A DNA stretch of 64,000 nt from Ginglymostoma cirratum (taxonomy: Eukaryota), in NCBI GenBank assembly GCA_024137785.1, contig JAHRHZ010000268.1, positions 15,952,064 through 16,016,063 of the forward strand. Direction: 5' to 3'. Positions 41,490 through 55,929 of this stretch are shown here, in pieces. The notes below the pieces were generated by a model. That model searched no databases and was not told the origin of the DNA. It saw only the letters and a program-made list of their open reading frames with translations. Position 1 is the stretch's first letter. Every line of letters begins with the position of its first letter. The translations under genes were made by a program, and so were the position numbers.

Positions 41490-41890
41490 CATGCAAGAAC
41501 AAGTATATAGTGGATATAAAACATCTTTAACAGAGTAAATCATGCCAAAACACTCCTCAGGAGCAATTATCAAACAACTATGACACCCAGCCAAAGGCAT
41601 TAAGGTAGGTGACCAAAAGCTTGGTCAAAGGGTAGGTTCTCAAAAGCATTGTAAAGGAAGAGAGAGGATTAGGGAAGGAATTCTAGAGCTTAGGACCTAG
41701 ACAGCTGAAGGCACAAAAGAGAAGGAAGTGGGGGATGCGCAAGAGGCCAGAATTGCAGGAATGCAAAGTTCTCCTAGGATTGCAAGGCTGAAGAAGATTA
41801 CATAGCTGAGAGGGGTGCTACCATGGAAGGAATTGAGTGTTTAAAAATCAAAGGATAGATGGACTAGAAGCCAATAAAAGTCAGCAAGCA
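41490..41890 (-). mobile_element. L2-type LINE 3' end remnant
   Basis: accaagcttttggtcacct and ttctggcctcttgcgcatcccc on the minus strand; similar to the arm content at 35290-35430. Confidence 0.55.
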
Positions 41891-44710
41891 TACTGTCCAA
41901 GTTACTTGAGCAAAGCAACCAAGTCTGCATAACAAAGCAAAGTATTCAGCTGACAAAAAGTTTGCAAGAGTAGTAGTTTTGTGGAATTAACATACACAAC
42001 AATAAAATGAAAAGGTTAGCTTCTGCCAGCTAAATAAGTTATGCTTGCATCACCAGGAAAGGAGCACTTTGGTGCAACAGCATCATATAAAGGTGTGGTC
42101 ACTCCCAAACTAAAATTTCAGCACATCAATTAAAGATATTGATTTTTCAGTCAAGAATGAAATAAAAGCCTAAATACTTTCTGCCATAACAGTGTTTTGA
42201 TTTCTAGTTCAATCTGAAAGATAGGAGTTGCATTGTTAGCTTTTACCAAAACGATGATGACTGGAAACATTATTGTGCCAAGATTGTTTTATGGATTGAT
42301 CTTGTTTCTACAAAAGATGGGGGAGGGAAATACTTAATACAAAGTATTTCAAGTATTGGCCAAGTAGTCTGACCACCAATTGTTTTGTACACTGTTCTCA
42401 ATTTCTTCAACTTGCACTGTTGAGGCAATTACATTCTTTGAAGTGGTTTTTCAACTAATCTGCTCTCGTTGTTTTTGGGGATTAGCCTCGCTGCTAGATC
42501 AAGCTTTCCATGTCTGCATTACCATCGACAGCCTCTTTTGCACATTGGCACAGCTGTCAAGAGCTTCCTGGTGCTTCTCAGGCTTTTCCCCGCTGCATCT
42601 AGTGCAAAAAAGTCCTGGTATTGATTCAAAGCTTTTGACATGCTAATTTGCTTAGCGACTGCATTAATCACTTTCCCATTCTGGCACGCTTCAAAATGGG
42701 CCATTTTTCAAAGCCGGGATGTCTTTTTCAACACAAATGCACATATTTTAAAACAAACACATTCTACTATCAAGTTCATTGCCTAAAAATCTCCAGTCTA
42801 TCTATTTGCAAATCAATACTTTTTGTATTATTGCCTATGAAAGCAAAAAAAGAGACTTTGTTTTGTCATATAACATCTTTCAATTTCAAGCAGAACAGCC
42901 CCACGAGACTGAAAGTGCAGAAATAGCTGTTTCAAATGGGAGTCTGTTAGGAATACATCATTTATGATTAGTAGCTATTCAACACAACATTAATTATAAT
43001 TACATTTTGTATATTTAAGAAAGTCTAAGGTTGACATGGAAATTAATTAAGTTAGGCACAATTACTACCCTAATTGCAGTAATTTGTTCATCAAAATTAG
43101 CAGGAATGGTGCCCTCATTAACCCACAATAGCGCAAGAGGGTCCATGTTAATTTTATGATTTGAGCTCTTAACGTGACAACCACTCACTTTGACTTTTTA
43201 AATTAGAAATTGATTCCAAACTTGTAAGAAATATAAAATAATGACTATTCGGTCACTGCAAAAATAAAAGCGTACCTAAATATTATGTTAATTCCCGACA
43301 GATATTCAAGCTGGAGTTACAACTCAGTCATTTCAAATGATAGGAACTGAATTTTGGTGATTTTCAAAATGATCATGGCCGGGGGAGAGAAAAAAAAAGG
43401 AGTTTTCTGTTAGCCTCTGACCCTTTTAGCTAAAAGAAACAAAGAGACGTTCTGGAGCCATGTCAGAACACAGTCAAATGGCAAAACAGCAGGGAATCAG
43501 ACTGTCAAAACAACACTTGGCATTCTATACCGGACAGTTTCTGACGCTTCTGCTATTCACAGAAACGGGCCCTGAAAAATGATCTGGAAAATCCCAGGCA
43601 AAAAAAACAACATTAATAGCACTTGTTTTTGCTGCCAAAGCCACATTGAAACTTGATTTTTGGACAGCAATCGAACATTATGTTGTGCATTAACAGTTAC
43701 TAAACAGACAATGACAATGAGTTTCCAACAAAATAAGTGATTTTTCCCCAACACTGTGTATGATTTGACTTTTGATTTTCCATAGCCCATAAGTTAAAAA
43801 TAGCTTAACAAGAATGTATCATAATACACAAGGATCATGGTTGTTAGTTACTGCATTTAACTTTAAACCAGTGAAGTAAATTGGGTTATCCACATCATTA
43901 AAGTGGCAATAACATTGCCTGTGGTCTGCCAGTATGAAGCTGCAAAATAAAATTAAGAATTATTATAAAGGTTATTATGATTTGCTTGCTTCAGTTTGAT
44001 TCTCATATTTACTATGAAAATTAGATATGTTCATCACTTAACCAAAGGACAAAGTTAACCAAAAATCTTCAAGGCAACAGTCTGTTGTTATATATTGCAA
44101 TGTTAATACATTACAGTGCAGATGAAGCCCTGTATATCTGCCACATATAGACAGCCAAACAAATAGCAGTGTGCTGTCTGAAATTGAAATTAAACGTGCA
44201 CCAAGAGTCTATGGAGAATAACTAAATCAGGTAAGTTTTGGCTGCAGCGCAGGTGAAAGTGTTCAGGGCTGTTAAAACATGCATGAACATTAGCTGCCTA
44301 TCCCCGAATCCCTCCCAACCAGAAGAAAATAATATGTGGAAGGAGTCAAATGTCCGGTGAGTAAACTTACCAATGCTGCTTCAATATTTTTTTATCTCCC
44401 TACATTTCCCAGTCAGCTATGATGTCCACTGCAGGCAAGCAGGAGCCTCATGAATATTTTGTAAATCTGGGTATTAAGATGTAACTAGGACTCCAATGAC
44501 ATGTTCACACAAAATAAAAACTTAAGGCAGACTTCTTCAGCAAGCCTAATAGAGAAAAACGTGATTGGCTACAGCACTGCAAGTGGCCACTCACTGCAGG
44601 CACTCAATTCAGTTATAACAGAATGTAATTGATCATTTAGCCTTTCAGGTGTTTGGGTAGTTAACTAATTACTCATTTTGATCACTTCACTTTGAGTGGA
44701 AGAAGGGATT

Positions 44711-44938
44711 GGGACATTTGTGCACAGTGGTCATTACCCTACCTCTGAGTTAAAAGGCCTAGGTTCAAGTCCTACCTGTTTCTGAAGTATATCGTGACAT
44801 GTCTGAACAAGGTGATTTAGAGGGCAGTTGTGGTGCATTGGCAGTGTCCCAACCTCTGAGCCAAGAAGACCAGGTTTAAGTCCCACCTGCTCCAGAGATG
44901 GGTAGTAAATCCAAAACGACTGATCAGATGATATCTAG
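44711..44938 (+). mobile_element. Tandem pair of ~110 bp tRNA-derived short elements
   Basis: Two units each with cctctgag and ggttYaagtccYacctg; related copies at 8775-8872 (-), 21825-21910 (-), 31875-32068 (+, pair) and 37185-37265 (+). Confidence 0.6.
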
Positions 44939-47900
44939 AATTGAAGGGGTTTCTGACAACTCGCCCTCAAGAAACTGGAACAGATAAAAGGTCAGTGTCA
45001 TTCTAAGTGTAGTGTGTTGGGTGCAGGAAGATGGAGACCAGCAGTGTCAACAATATCCTCAACTTGCAAAAGCAGGCATGCTTGGTGGACTCCAAATACA
45101 GCAATTCAAATACACCAATACAAAACCTTTTTTCAGGTGGGTTCACAACACAATAGGGTGTCCAGGACCATCTTTCCCAACTTGTGTGAGAGCTGTAGCA
45201 AGAGCATACACTGTCTAATCTCTACAACCTGCTGCTTGCTGGACCAGGGGTCCTTGTGACAGCAGTCCCTGTCAGGATTAGCACTACTCTCTTTCTTCCA
45301 GGCTACTATTTCAAAGCCCTCATATATGTCTGCTTTGAATCAACCAATAAATGCTTTATTATCAACTTTCAGCTGATACATTTCCATCCCTGTACATGAC
45401 AATAGTCACATTAAGTGCCATGAAATTGATAGCAGCAATACTCTCAAGGCATACCTTTCTGTATTATTAGACATGGTTCTCAAACAACTTCTTTTCCCAC
45501 AGAGGATGTGTGCATCTCCTGCAGAGGGAAGAATTGTGTCTACTGTAAAGAAGTGGAGATGAAGCTGTGATTTATGCATGTAATTGAGAAGCTGAGAGAA
45601 CAATGACACAAGATGTTATAAAATAAAATTATATTAAATGGGAAGAGAGTGGCCTGACTGTAAAATAAGGAGGCAGTGCACTGCCAAGGTAGTGCAGGTT
45701 ATGCAATTTAGAACTGATGAGATCAGAATGCCATTAGTGGGAAGAGTGAGTGTGACAGGTGAAATGAGGAGAGACACTAAATTTTTCCTTTTGATCAATG
45801 ACGAGGGAAGTCTTGCAGTTAGGATGAACGAACTGAATGGCAGGGGAAGGAGGGGACAAGTACAGGCAACAAGACATTCAGAAAGAAGGTGGACTGACCA
45901 TTCCTGACCTACTGATGTCAAAGAATCCAGGCATGTATTCAGATGCTCAGGGCGGTGCCCTTGCTCTGAACTTTCTTTGTCACCAACAGGCAGTAAAATG
46001 GCAGTGTTGGATTTTATTTTGCCACTTTGAGGTAAAGGAAATTTTCACCCAGCCCTGGCTGCTGCTGAATGTGTGCCCTTCCGGGGAGGCATCAGAAAAC
46101 TAGGAAACAAACTAACTTTTTCCTCCCTGTAATGATCATCAAGAAGCAGGATTTGTCATGAATGAATACATTTGTCTGTTACAAGGTAGATTGATTCTTT
46201 AGATAGTAACCGATGATTCCTAACTGAGGACTCAATGCTTGTGACTGACATAATTGTCCAAACTGCCCTCCAATCAACTGTAAATGAGGCCCGGTCATTT
46301 TAAACATTAGGTCTCATGAGTTTACAGATTCCTAATTTCCTTTATTCCCTCACCCCCTTCTCTACACCCCTCAATCCAATTAAGATCCTGCCTAGAGTTA
46401 GAACGGACTATATTTCAACCTTGCACAGAGTCTCTAAAGGAGCAGTCATCTTGTGTGTAAAGGCACAATTTGGAAAGGAAGTTCCTTTCCTTAGAGGAAT
46501 AGGAAATGGGATTATTATTCTGCATAATGCACTGTAAGATATTTGTAAATGAGAACATTGATATATGCAAGAGAAAGCTGACAAGCTGGTTGACAATGTT
46601 CATTCATCAGAACAGATGAATGAGGGTGAGAGGGTTAGTATGATGATGACATTGGAGGAAGATCATATTGATTTTTCAGCACTGACTGACAGTAAAACAC
46701 CAGCATGCTGCATGTGAATCTCATGTACTGAATTTAGAAGGAATTTTTCCACTGCAACATTTCAAATTGCAATCAGTCACAGTAATAATTTAGTTAGGAA
46801 TATTGACATGTGTTTGAATCCTGAACAGCTATCACATGATTAAAACAGACGTTTTCAAGAGGCCAAATTTCTATAAATTTTTCTCCGAAGTTACACTGAT
46901 ATAACTGGTTTTACTTTGATAAATTACTGAGAAATAATGAAGAACAAATAGATACCTTCATTCTATACACAAAAAAGGATTATACACTTGTGGTTATACC
47001 TCAAAGAAACAACATCTTTATCAGAAAAACATTTGACAGTTCTGCCTGCATGAGCATATTTATCCAGGAAGTAGTTGTGCAGTGGAATAGAAGTGATCCA
47101 GATTCCAGGAGGACTGCCAAAGCCGCAATTTCACTATAATGTTGAACCAAAATTACAGGTGAACATTTCACAGAGATTCGCATCAACTGCATGGTAAATG
47201 CAAACAGAAAAATATGTTGAATGTTTTCCTGTAAAACTGTTCCCCTTTAAGACTGCCAGAATGTTGGACTGAAGGCTGTTAATGTTGCCTTTTTGTGTAA
47301 GTACTGTTTAACTGCTTACAAAACCTATTGGCTGTTTATTACTCATTCTGTAATTTGGCTGTAATTGTACATTAAGATACCAGTACTATTCTGTGACTCA
47401 TCAGAAATGATGCAGCCCCATATTTCTGACTTGCCTACATTACTTTCAGTTGGATTGGAACTATTATCATGTCAAAACAAGTAATATACATGGCCCCAAA
47501 AAACATTTATTTTCCTCAATATTGAAGTCTAGCTCCATCACCAAAGACAACTGTTACTCCAAGACTACAACCTTTTTTTCCCATTTGTTTGGATTAATAA
47601 AATTCACAACAGAGCATCATAATTAACAGACTGTTTTCAAACTGAGGATTATCTTAATGAGGCAATAATTAAAGAGGGATCATAGGGAGTTTCTGAATGA
47701 TTCAACATCCAGCAAAGGGAATCTACTCTATAAACACCACAACATTGATTCCTTGGGAAATCTAGTGTTGTGGTTCATTAAAAAGAGCTACTGAAATTTT
47801 GAAAGGCAGTAATAGAATGTTATTTTCTTAGCTTATGCTAAATCAAATGTTTTGACCAGTTTTCAGTAACGTGATCAGCGATACAATCACCAGACTCTTC

Positions 47901-50408
47901 TACTTGCTATCTTATCAGGCAGTCTGTCAGACATCATTGCCCCTTTCATATGAACTTGCAGGTGGCACAGACAATACTCGTCTGTCACTTTGAAACCTCA
48001 GATACGTCCCTTCCAATCTTTCAATTCTTTCAAGTATTAACACATTCTGCTGAAAGTGACAACTGGAAGAGGAAATGTAATTCTGTCCCATGAGGTTTCA
48101 GGCCCCAGCAGATGACCAGCGTTGGTGACTGCAATCACAATAAGCAGCCACCATTGCTGATTGCCAGGCTTTTGTCACACCATGAGATCTTAATCAATCT
48201 AACTCTGACCCCTAATGACAGGAGGAAGATGGATGAGGAAGTAAGTGACCCTTGACCCCTGCTCTATAATTGTCCCGTCAGAGTCCTCTCATGCAAAAAC
48301 AAAAGGAACGATTCCTATTCAAAAAGATTCAAACAGTCAGTTTTACTTGAATCAAATGGGGGTGGGGTGGAGGGGGAAGATGAATCCTGGTCCCCTACTG
48401 TGACACCTTGTCAATTCTGTCACAGCAAATGTGGATTTTTACATTTACAAAAAAAAAGATAATCTATTTAACTTTATACACCAAAATGAACTTCAGATTG
48501 AAGACAGAAGGTAAGAAAATGATCCTTAGCCCTTTTGGAAATGTGCAGCATCACTCTACTATACTTAATATGGCTTACTTGGCTTGGTCAAAAAACTGCA
48601 TCAATGACATTAGAATTTTAAAAAACCAAAAGCGGTTAAAATTTCAATGGTCATTCAATATTGAACCATGCCCTTAACCCTCACTTCTTTCTTTAACTTA
48701 TATTGTTTTTTTTATTTAGTAAGAACAGGAATGATTAATTTGAAACCGGGGGATAATTTATCACTGGATTACCAAATACAAAATTCTGATTCATCCTCTT
48801 TAAATGGTATTGCAGATTCAGAAAAAAGGATAGGATGATAAATTCTACTGGTGCTGTATCTGCGCCAAGCACAAAACGTGGCCTGGATTCTGTCACTCAA
48901 TGAAACCTTCGGTTATGCTCAAGAATATGTTAGAGAGCTGTACTATCTTTTATACTGTCCATTAGTCTAAGCTATCACAAGGCTCTTTTTGATACAGTGC
49001 AACATAATTAGCTACATAAAACTTAGACATAATACCAATACGAGGTTAAAAAAACTCATCCTGTTATTAATCAGGACAATCCAATAATGATCCATTCAGC
49101 AACATATCTTCAACTCTTGATCATCCCCAGCATGGCCAAACTAAACAGATTACAAAGTCTATAAAATATATGAAAAGATGGCTGGTATTTCTTTCCCCAC
49201 ATTAAAACTGGAGTGAAATCAACACAGTACAACAAGGAAAAGGGAATATAGGAATACTTAAGCTATGAAAGTACGCAAGAAAATACAGCACTTCTGATTA
49301 AAACTATTAAATTGATTTGACAGATATTTTGCAACTTCATGCTGTTCCAACTTCTTTTTAAAGTGCAATTTTATTCTACACACAAACAAGTTATCCAGTG
49401 CTTAAGTACAATGATGTTATTTTTCCTTTGTTAGCAGCTCAAAATCAAAAATTTCTTCAACAATTTCTAAAAATGGATAATTCACAGTAAAAATTATTTC
49501 ATGCCATTCCTATTGATGCTTAGGTTACATCCTTTTTGTTTAAATTTAGCAGAAACTAAATGACATTCTGCTTAATTCAGTGTAATAGAATCAATACTAT
49601 GTATATTTTATTACTAACATTGGGGGGTCACATGCAATTTGCACTTACCTTTAGATGCATTAACTACAATGGAAAGCTGCACCAATAGTTTCTCATTAAT
49701 CAATAAGATTATGATTTTTAGATAAATGATACGGGATTCCATCTTAACTGCAGTATAACACGACGGCATTGCGGCAATTTGAAAATAAATAATTTGAAAA
49801 GCCCTGGGGTTCTGTTATTTGGCATTTTGCGAATTATATCAGCTTAAGTTAACAGCTTTACAAAAATATCGTTATACTAAAATATCATTGTAATTGTGTC
49901 CTTTTGAATGATAGGAATTGGAAGAGAAGTCAGAATGGCATCACAATGACCAACAAGAGGTTGTTTACATCAAGGAATTAGATACAGACCCAGTGACATT
50001 ATCATTGGCACTGAAATGGGTATTCAATCCAATATTAAAATCTTAAATATTAAACACAGAAGGGTGTGCTACATTAACTGATTTCTGTGACAACTAATGC
50101 ATGTTTGACTTTGATTCCGTTATGAAAAGATAACTTACAACTTCTAATGTTTTAAATTTAGTAAAATAAAATTTTCAAAACTATTTGTAAACAAACAATT
50201 TGTTTTCTGTACTTCAGCCTATTATACTACAGAGTCAAAGAAACACCACATGGAACTGAAAGAATTGTTAATCACATTGTTCTGTCTTATTAAGTCCCAC
50301 TAGACCAGCTAATTATCCCTGTTCACACAATACAGTCTCATCACTAGTGAAATTACTTATGTACAAAATCAAAATGAAATAAGTCCAAATACATTATTAT
50401 TATCCTAC

Positions 50409-51072
50409 CTTGGCACTCTCCATTCTGTTCTTCATATCCAGTGTTACACAAGCAGTTGCCAATGGGCACGAGCCATTCTCCATCCGCACCACAATACATT
50501 TTTGGCTCATCTTTCTCCTCAGAATTGTTCACACAGGAACCACGGACTTCCACAAGGGATGAGGTGTCAGCGCCTGTGATGGTGTCAGGGAATTGTGCCA
50601 AGTTGTGTACTGTTAGTGGGCATTTCTTATAGAAAACACGGACAGATACCAACGCAATGCAGGCACCCACATCTTGAAATGCCAAGTAGAAGCCTTTCTT
50701 AGTCAGTGGTCCTACATCCCGGACTTCAGTATTCAGTTTCATCACACGATCGCCAATGTCCACTTGCGTAAAACTCTCATCAGCTGCAATGGTGTCAATC
50801 TTTATGTAGCGGTTTTCTGAGATATACCACTCATTATCATTATTTGACTCAAAGTAAAATAGGTTAAATGTCTCTTTGCATGTTCCCATGACACCTGGCA
50901 GACTGTTGCAGTCCCTAAGGGTAAACTTAATCTCTATGTAAACTCTCTGGGCTCCCTCACGAGGGACCCAATCAGTCCGCAGCCAGTTATTTTGATTTGC
51001 TTCCATCACATTACAGACCTGGTACGTACGAATCGGAGTATTCTTCTCATCCATGATACTTACTTCCTCCCA
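50409..51072 (-). CDS. EPHA4: EphA4-like coding exon 3 (ephrin ligand-binding domain plus sushi-like Cys-rich region, 664 nt)
   Basis: [22 protein letters not shown]...[19 protein letters not shown]...[19 protein letters not shown]; acceptor ttttaacag, donor CAAG|GTAGGA. Confidence 0.97.
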
Positions 51073-54047
51073 CTGTTAAAACAAAACACATGTATCTTTT
51101 ACTTCCACGTCTACACATTACTGTGTAGCACAGTTTGCCCTCATTAATATAGAATTTACACTTTTGGAGAAATGCTTGCAGTGTGAAAGCGTAATCTACA
51201 TTGCCCAAGGCCACGTCTCATTCTACTTTCAAAAAATCCAGTAATGATGGATGTTAAATGGAACTGGTTGGTTAAATATTGAACAAATTGCATGCATTTT
51301 TGTAGTACGTTTCATCAAATAACTACAGGTATAAGATGCTTCCTGAAGGGAGAGGCAGATGCCAAGGAACAATAAAACTTTAAGGGAGATGACTGATGGT
51401 GACACAGGTTTCCAGGCATTTTTTGAAGATGGACTGTGAAATCAATGCATAAGGATACAGGAGACTGTTCCCAAGGGAAATGGAAGGACAAAATGTGCAA
51501 TATACTTGGGATAGAACAACAGAGAATGTAATTGGAGACAGTACTGGAAAAGGCTGCAGAGATAGTTTCGTAAAGACATAATCAGAAGCAAGGGTAATGA
51601 CTTTTGGACGAATCGTAATTTATGTATGATTGATGGAAACAACCTAACTTCTGTAAGGTGTACTGAACAATAACTTGTTACAGTCCTGTAAAATAAAACT
51701 GGTGTAAACATGTAAAGTTGAATCATTTTAAAATAATTCGCATTTTTAAAACGTCACATAATGATTCAATACACAGCATTCATAATCAGGCTACACGTAT
51801 TTGCTTCAAATGGGAAAGGATGAGTTGTGTGCGCGGTGTAGAATGAAGCTTGAATTTGGATGGTATTTAACTGAAGGCTGAGCATAACCTTCCATTCCGC
51901 ATTTGTCAGCGTGGCTGGTTAGGTTTAATTAGAGAAAGTGGAGACAGTGCACCTGCTGTCTTGCCACACATGAATCCTCATGTCAGTCCCATAATATCTC
52001 GGTCATTACCCTGACTTGCCGGGGAATTAATAAAGATTCAGTGGCCATCGCGCCATTCTGAGCTCCCGGGAGATTGGGTTCCAGGGTTTAATTTATCAGC
52101 AATGTGTTAAATCTTGTTAGCGACAAAACGATAAACTCTAATTAGAAGCTGGCTTCAAATGAAGCTACACGGCAGGGTCATGTCTGCCTCTCATCCTCCA
52201 CAACCTTCATCAACTGCTCAGAATGATTGTGTGGTGTTCAAACCGCTGGAGTGCCTGGCCGCTGGTGTTAATTAATTTTAAGCGCTCATATTTATTTTTC
52301 AAAGGTACAAAGAGAAGCTTTTTAAAAAAAAAGTTTACCGTAAATCATGCCTTTCAATATAAACACCGTCTGAGCATATTTTTAGAAGTTGTATTTGAAA
52401 ACGTAAAGTCAAAATCTTTCCCTGGATACCATATTGTATTAAAACATTGACCCAGGGAAATCTAAAGAAATGCTTCAAGTGCATTTTGTGCGGCACAGAA
52501 GCAAGGGACTATTTAATTTTTCACAAGGGTTTATAAATAGAGTTGAAATACCTGTTATGAAAGCAACGAACCTCTCAATTAAATGAAAAGCCTTTCAACA
52601 TTAAACTCCGTTTTGTAAATAATAAAAAACGTGCCCTACTTGCCCGCAGCCAGAGTTACGGGCAGACTTTATTGACCGGCCCATCAATCAGACCCAAATC
52701 GGTTCGTTCAATACTGCGCTACTCTGCTGACCCCACTCCAGTTCCCCTGCAGAAGGGATGAGACAGTTCCTTCCACAGTCAGTGGACCTTGCCCTGGATG
52801 TTCGTTTCGAGTGGGGATGTCTGACTCTGAGATAAAGCGGGGATACATTTACTAATTAATTAAACCCCCAGCCCCAGCTCTCTCCCTCCGTCCAGTGCCC
52901 AGCGGATGGGAGACATACGCCGGCGAACGGTGCTGACTGCGGTCTCATCCTCCACTCGGGAATACCGATCCACAGCCAGCACTGTGCAAATGCACACGGA
53001 GCAAAGAGAAGATGCAGCTAAAGTTCAGCTCCCCTCTCCCCCATCCCCCGCCAACCTCCTCTAGGCTTGTTACTTCAGAAACCACTATTTCTACAACAGA
53101 ATCGGTAATGCAATGCCGATCAGTGAGAGCAGCAACGCAGTGCTAATGTTTAACGACAACTAAAGCATGGTGACTGACGGCCTTCCTTACATTCCCTATT
53201 TCAAACACTGGGAATCTACCTCGATTCAAACTGGAATTGATTGGTCTCGTTTGCAGATTTTCTTGAAGGGAAATTGGAAAGAATTTTTTTTTTTTTAGAA
53301 AAAAAAAGAGGATTCATGCCCGGTTGGTTGCTTCCACCGTGTCTTAGGGAGAGTTGCAATGGTTAGTTCCCGAGCGTGGGTCGATGGCAGGAACTTGGCT
53401 CCCTTCTGTGTGCCAACTGTCACTGGTCTACAAGTGGAAGCGGTGTGCAGGTCTGATTCCCCCTAGCTCCCCGAACTCTGCACCAGGCTCTCCCCTTCCC
53501 CCTCTCATCTAAATCCCGACAAAAGCCGGCTACATTCTCAGGAACCGGTCTATTCCCACACAAATGAATCCCTTCCACATTCAACCGGTCCCCACCGTCC
53601 AAGCACTTTTCGCTGATTGTAATCCTTCCTAAACCCTTCAGTAATTGGCTGAATTCAGTCTGAAAAGACTCTTTCGAGGTATTCGCAGTCCGTTTTAATG
53701 GTGAGCCATTGTAATTCTGTACTCTAACCCCTCCTCCGGAGCACAGTCTTAAAGGTTGATCCTGGCTTTCAGAACTATTTGATCATTAATAAAACCACCT
53801 CGTTCCTGTTCTACTTGACCAGCTCGGTTCTGCTGCTGCCCTTTCGGGTTTCCAGTGCTGGAAGGCTAAACCCCTCCCCCCGAAGGGAAGGTATCATTTT
53901 CCCGGGACAAAAAGTGATTCAGTTCAAGGGGAGCACTTTCAGAAACCTGACCCTCCCGCCGCGACCCGCTCCAAAACGCTGCCGGGAGCTGGGAATGGAA
54001 TCGAACTCAATGTGTGTGAGTGAGAGACTTCAAGCTGGAATACTCAC

Positions 54048-54115
54048 TCCGCCTTCGGAGGGGAAAGCCTCCCAGCCCAGCTCGCCCTGGACAGACCGGG
54101 AGTCCAAGAGAACAA
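54048..54115 (-). CDS. EPHA4: EphA4-like coding exon 2 (VVLLDSRSVQGELGWEAFPSEGG, 68 nt); absent from the ORF track
   Basis: Read manually on the minus strand: acceptor tttcactccccacag, donor GGA|GTGAGT; LLDSRSVQGELGW is the EphA4-type start of the ligand-binding domain. Confidence 0.95.
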
Positions 54116-55776
54116 CTGTGGGGAGTGAAAGAACAAGCCATTAGGAGAAATGTAGCAGCAAATAAAGACACACTCCCAACCTCCGCTTATTTGCAAATAG
54201 CTTCAACCCACCTTGCTCAACTGCGAGTGCATTTCAGAAGAAGTGAACCTTGATACGATCTGTCCTGGCTGCAGGTTATCTGTTTAATGCGGCCGGGGCC
54301 CGGTCTGAACCTGTTTAGGTTTGATTGAAACGCGCGTGCACCGTAATTCAAGAGGGACCAGGCCATACGTTATTACCCAGACTTTGGCCGGACGACAGTG
54401 TTCAGCAACACTCGGCAGGGGCGCGTTTGCAGTGGTCAGTATTTTTAGATGGTTGAAAGAAGAGGGAGAGGGAGAAGCCCCTGCTTGATTTGATATGGTG
54501 CAGACAGGAGGATCCTGCCACATGCAGCGGTTTGGACGCTCAGGTAGCGAGCCAGCACTACCCCTCCACTCTCACTGTCTGTTGGCAAGGGCAAGGGGAG
54601 ACAGAGAAGAACACTTAAAGACGCTGGTCTGCCAGCGGTGCAGTGTGCAAGATCACCCCTGGGAGGGGGGTGCAAAAAGCAGGAATCAGTAGATTTTAAT
54701 GGGGGGGGGGGGAGTAATTTCTTCCCAGTGCATGGTTTTCTTCAGTGTGAAAGCAGCTCTGAATGCCAGCAGCAAATGGTTAGTGGGGCGCAGTTCAAGA
54801 ATTGTTGGAAAGCAACCACCAACTTCTACTGACTGACACCTCACTGAGCAGAGCGAGTTTGCAGGGGAGGTGGGTGAAGAAGCTGAATACCAGCCCACCA
54901 CCCCACCCCTCCCCCATTGCTTGCTTGCTCCATTGGGATGAGCTGAGACGTGGACTACACAGCGGGAGGACAATGAAGGAGAGGGGACGTGGTCTGAATG
55001 CTGAACAGCGCTCGCCACAAACCAGGGCTGCCCTCAGTGGAGAAACTGTGCCTTTTGTGTTTCTCTGCACCTCCCCCCGCGACCCCCCCAGTAAAACTCT
55101 TCAGGAAAATAGTTAACCCGCTATTGCTGCATTCAAATGACCCGACTGCTGTGAAAAGTACGTTTTTAAAATATATATATAGTAACTCTTAAAATCCTCA
55201 ATCCCATTCAGATTGCAATGCTACACAGCCTTGAACTGTTTCTCATTTCCAACGCGAATTCCCTGCTCGGTGCAAGAGCTGCTAAAAGGCTGGTCAATTT
55301 TGTGAACACAGCTCCTACCGTCGATTATTGAAGGTGTTGGGTTAGACTCGGGGCTGGGGAAGGTAGAGACTGTCGCGCACACACACACACATTGGGGGCA
55401 GCCCACTGACCAAAAAGGGCACTTCCCTAGCTCAGTGGGTAGTGGGGGAAAAAAGTTTGAAAGGAACCCACTCGAACAGTTTAAAAGCCCGCAGGGTCGG
55501 GAGACCTAGCTGGCCCGGAGCAAGCCGTGGAGAGGGAGCCGGAGGGAGACAGGTAATGAGGAATGACGGAGGCAGGCAGGGAGGGAGGTGAATAGACTTT
55601 AAGAGCCAAGCTCTGGGTATCCGCCCTCTGTGTTAATGCCCTGACCTCCCATCGTTGCGTGCTATAGCCCCGATGTACCGTTCACGTTTGCTGCAGTATA
55701 GGGGATAGCTCCGCTCCAAGTTCACAAACCCTCGCAACTTCCCCGGGGCGCATGGGGGCGAGACGATCCGACTTAC

Positions 55777-55867
55777 CCTGGTTAGGCGGGTGCAGCTTGG
55801 AGTTGTAGAAGGCGGTAGCAAAGCGGAGGGTGAGCGCCCAGGCAGCTAACTGTACAATCCAGGCCAT
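55777..55867 (-). CDS. EPHA4: EphA4-like receptor, coding exon 1 (signal peptide MAWIVQLAAWALTLRFATAFYNSKLHPPNQ, 91 nt, phase 1)
   Basis: ACCATGG Kozak start at 55867; hydrophobic N-terminus; donor CAGG|GTAAGT at 55776; joins in frame to exon 2. Confidence 0.9.
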
Positions 55868-55929
55868 GGTTAGTTGTCGCTCTCCTCGCTCAGCTCGCCT
55901 GCCTGCCCAGTTTCCCGGTGGAATAGCGA

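Noticed and set aside
44711-44938. Functional tRNA genes
   Set aside because: Cloverleaf stems are degenerate, copies are diverged and lack Pol III terminators; treated as SINE heads
50353-50408. Exon 3 read-through (…[21 protein letters not shown]) as a secreted ligand-binding isoform
   Set aside because: A good donor is present at 50408 and no nearby poly(A) signal is evident on the minus strand; nothing in the sequence supports it, although soluble isoforms exist for other EphA genes
52725-52755. AGELEWG-like peptide on the minus strand as exon 2
   Set aside because: Chance resemblance; the true exon 2 with correct splice sites and phase is at 54048-54115
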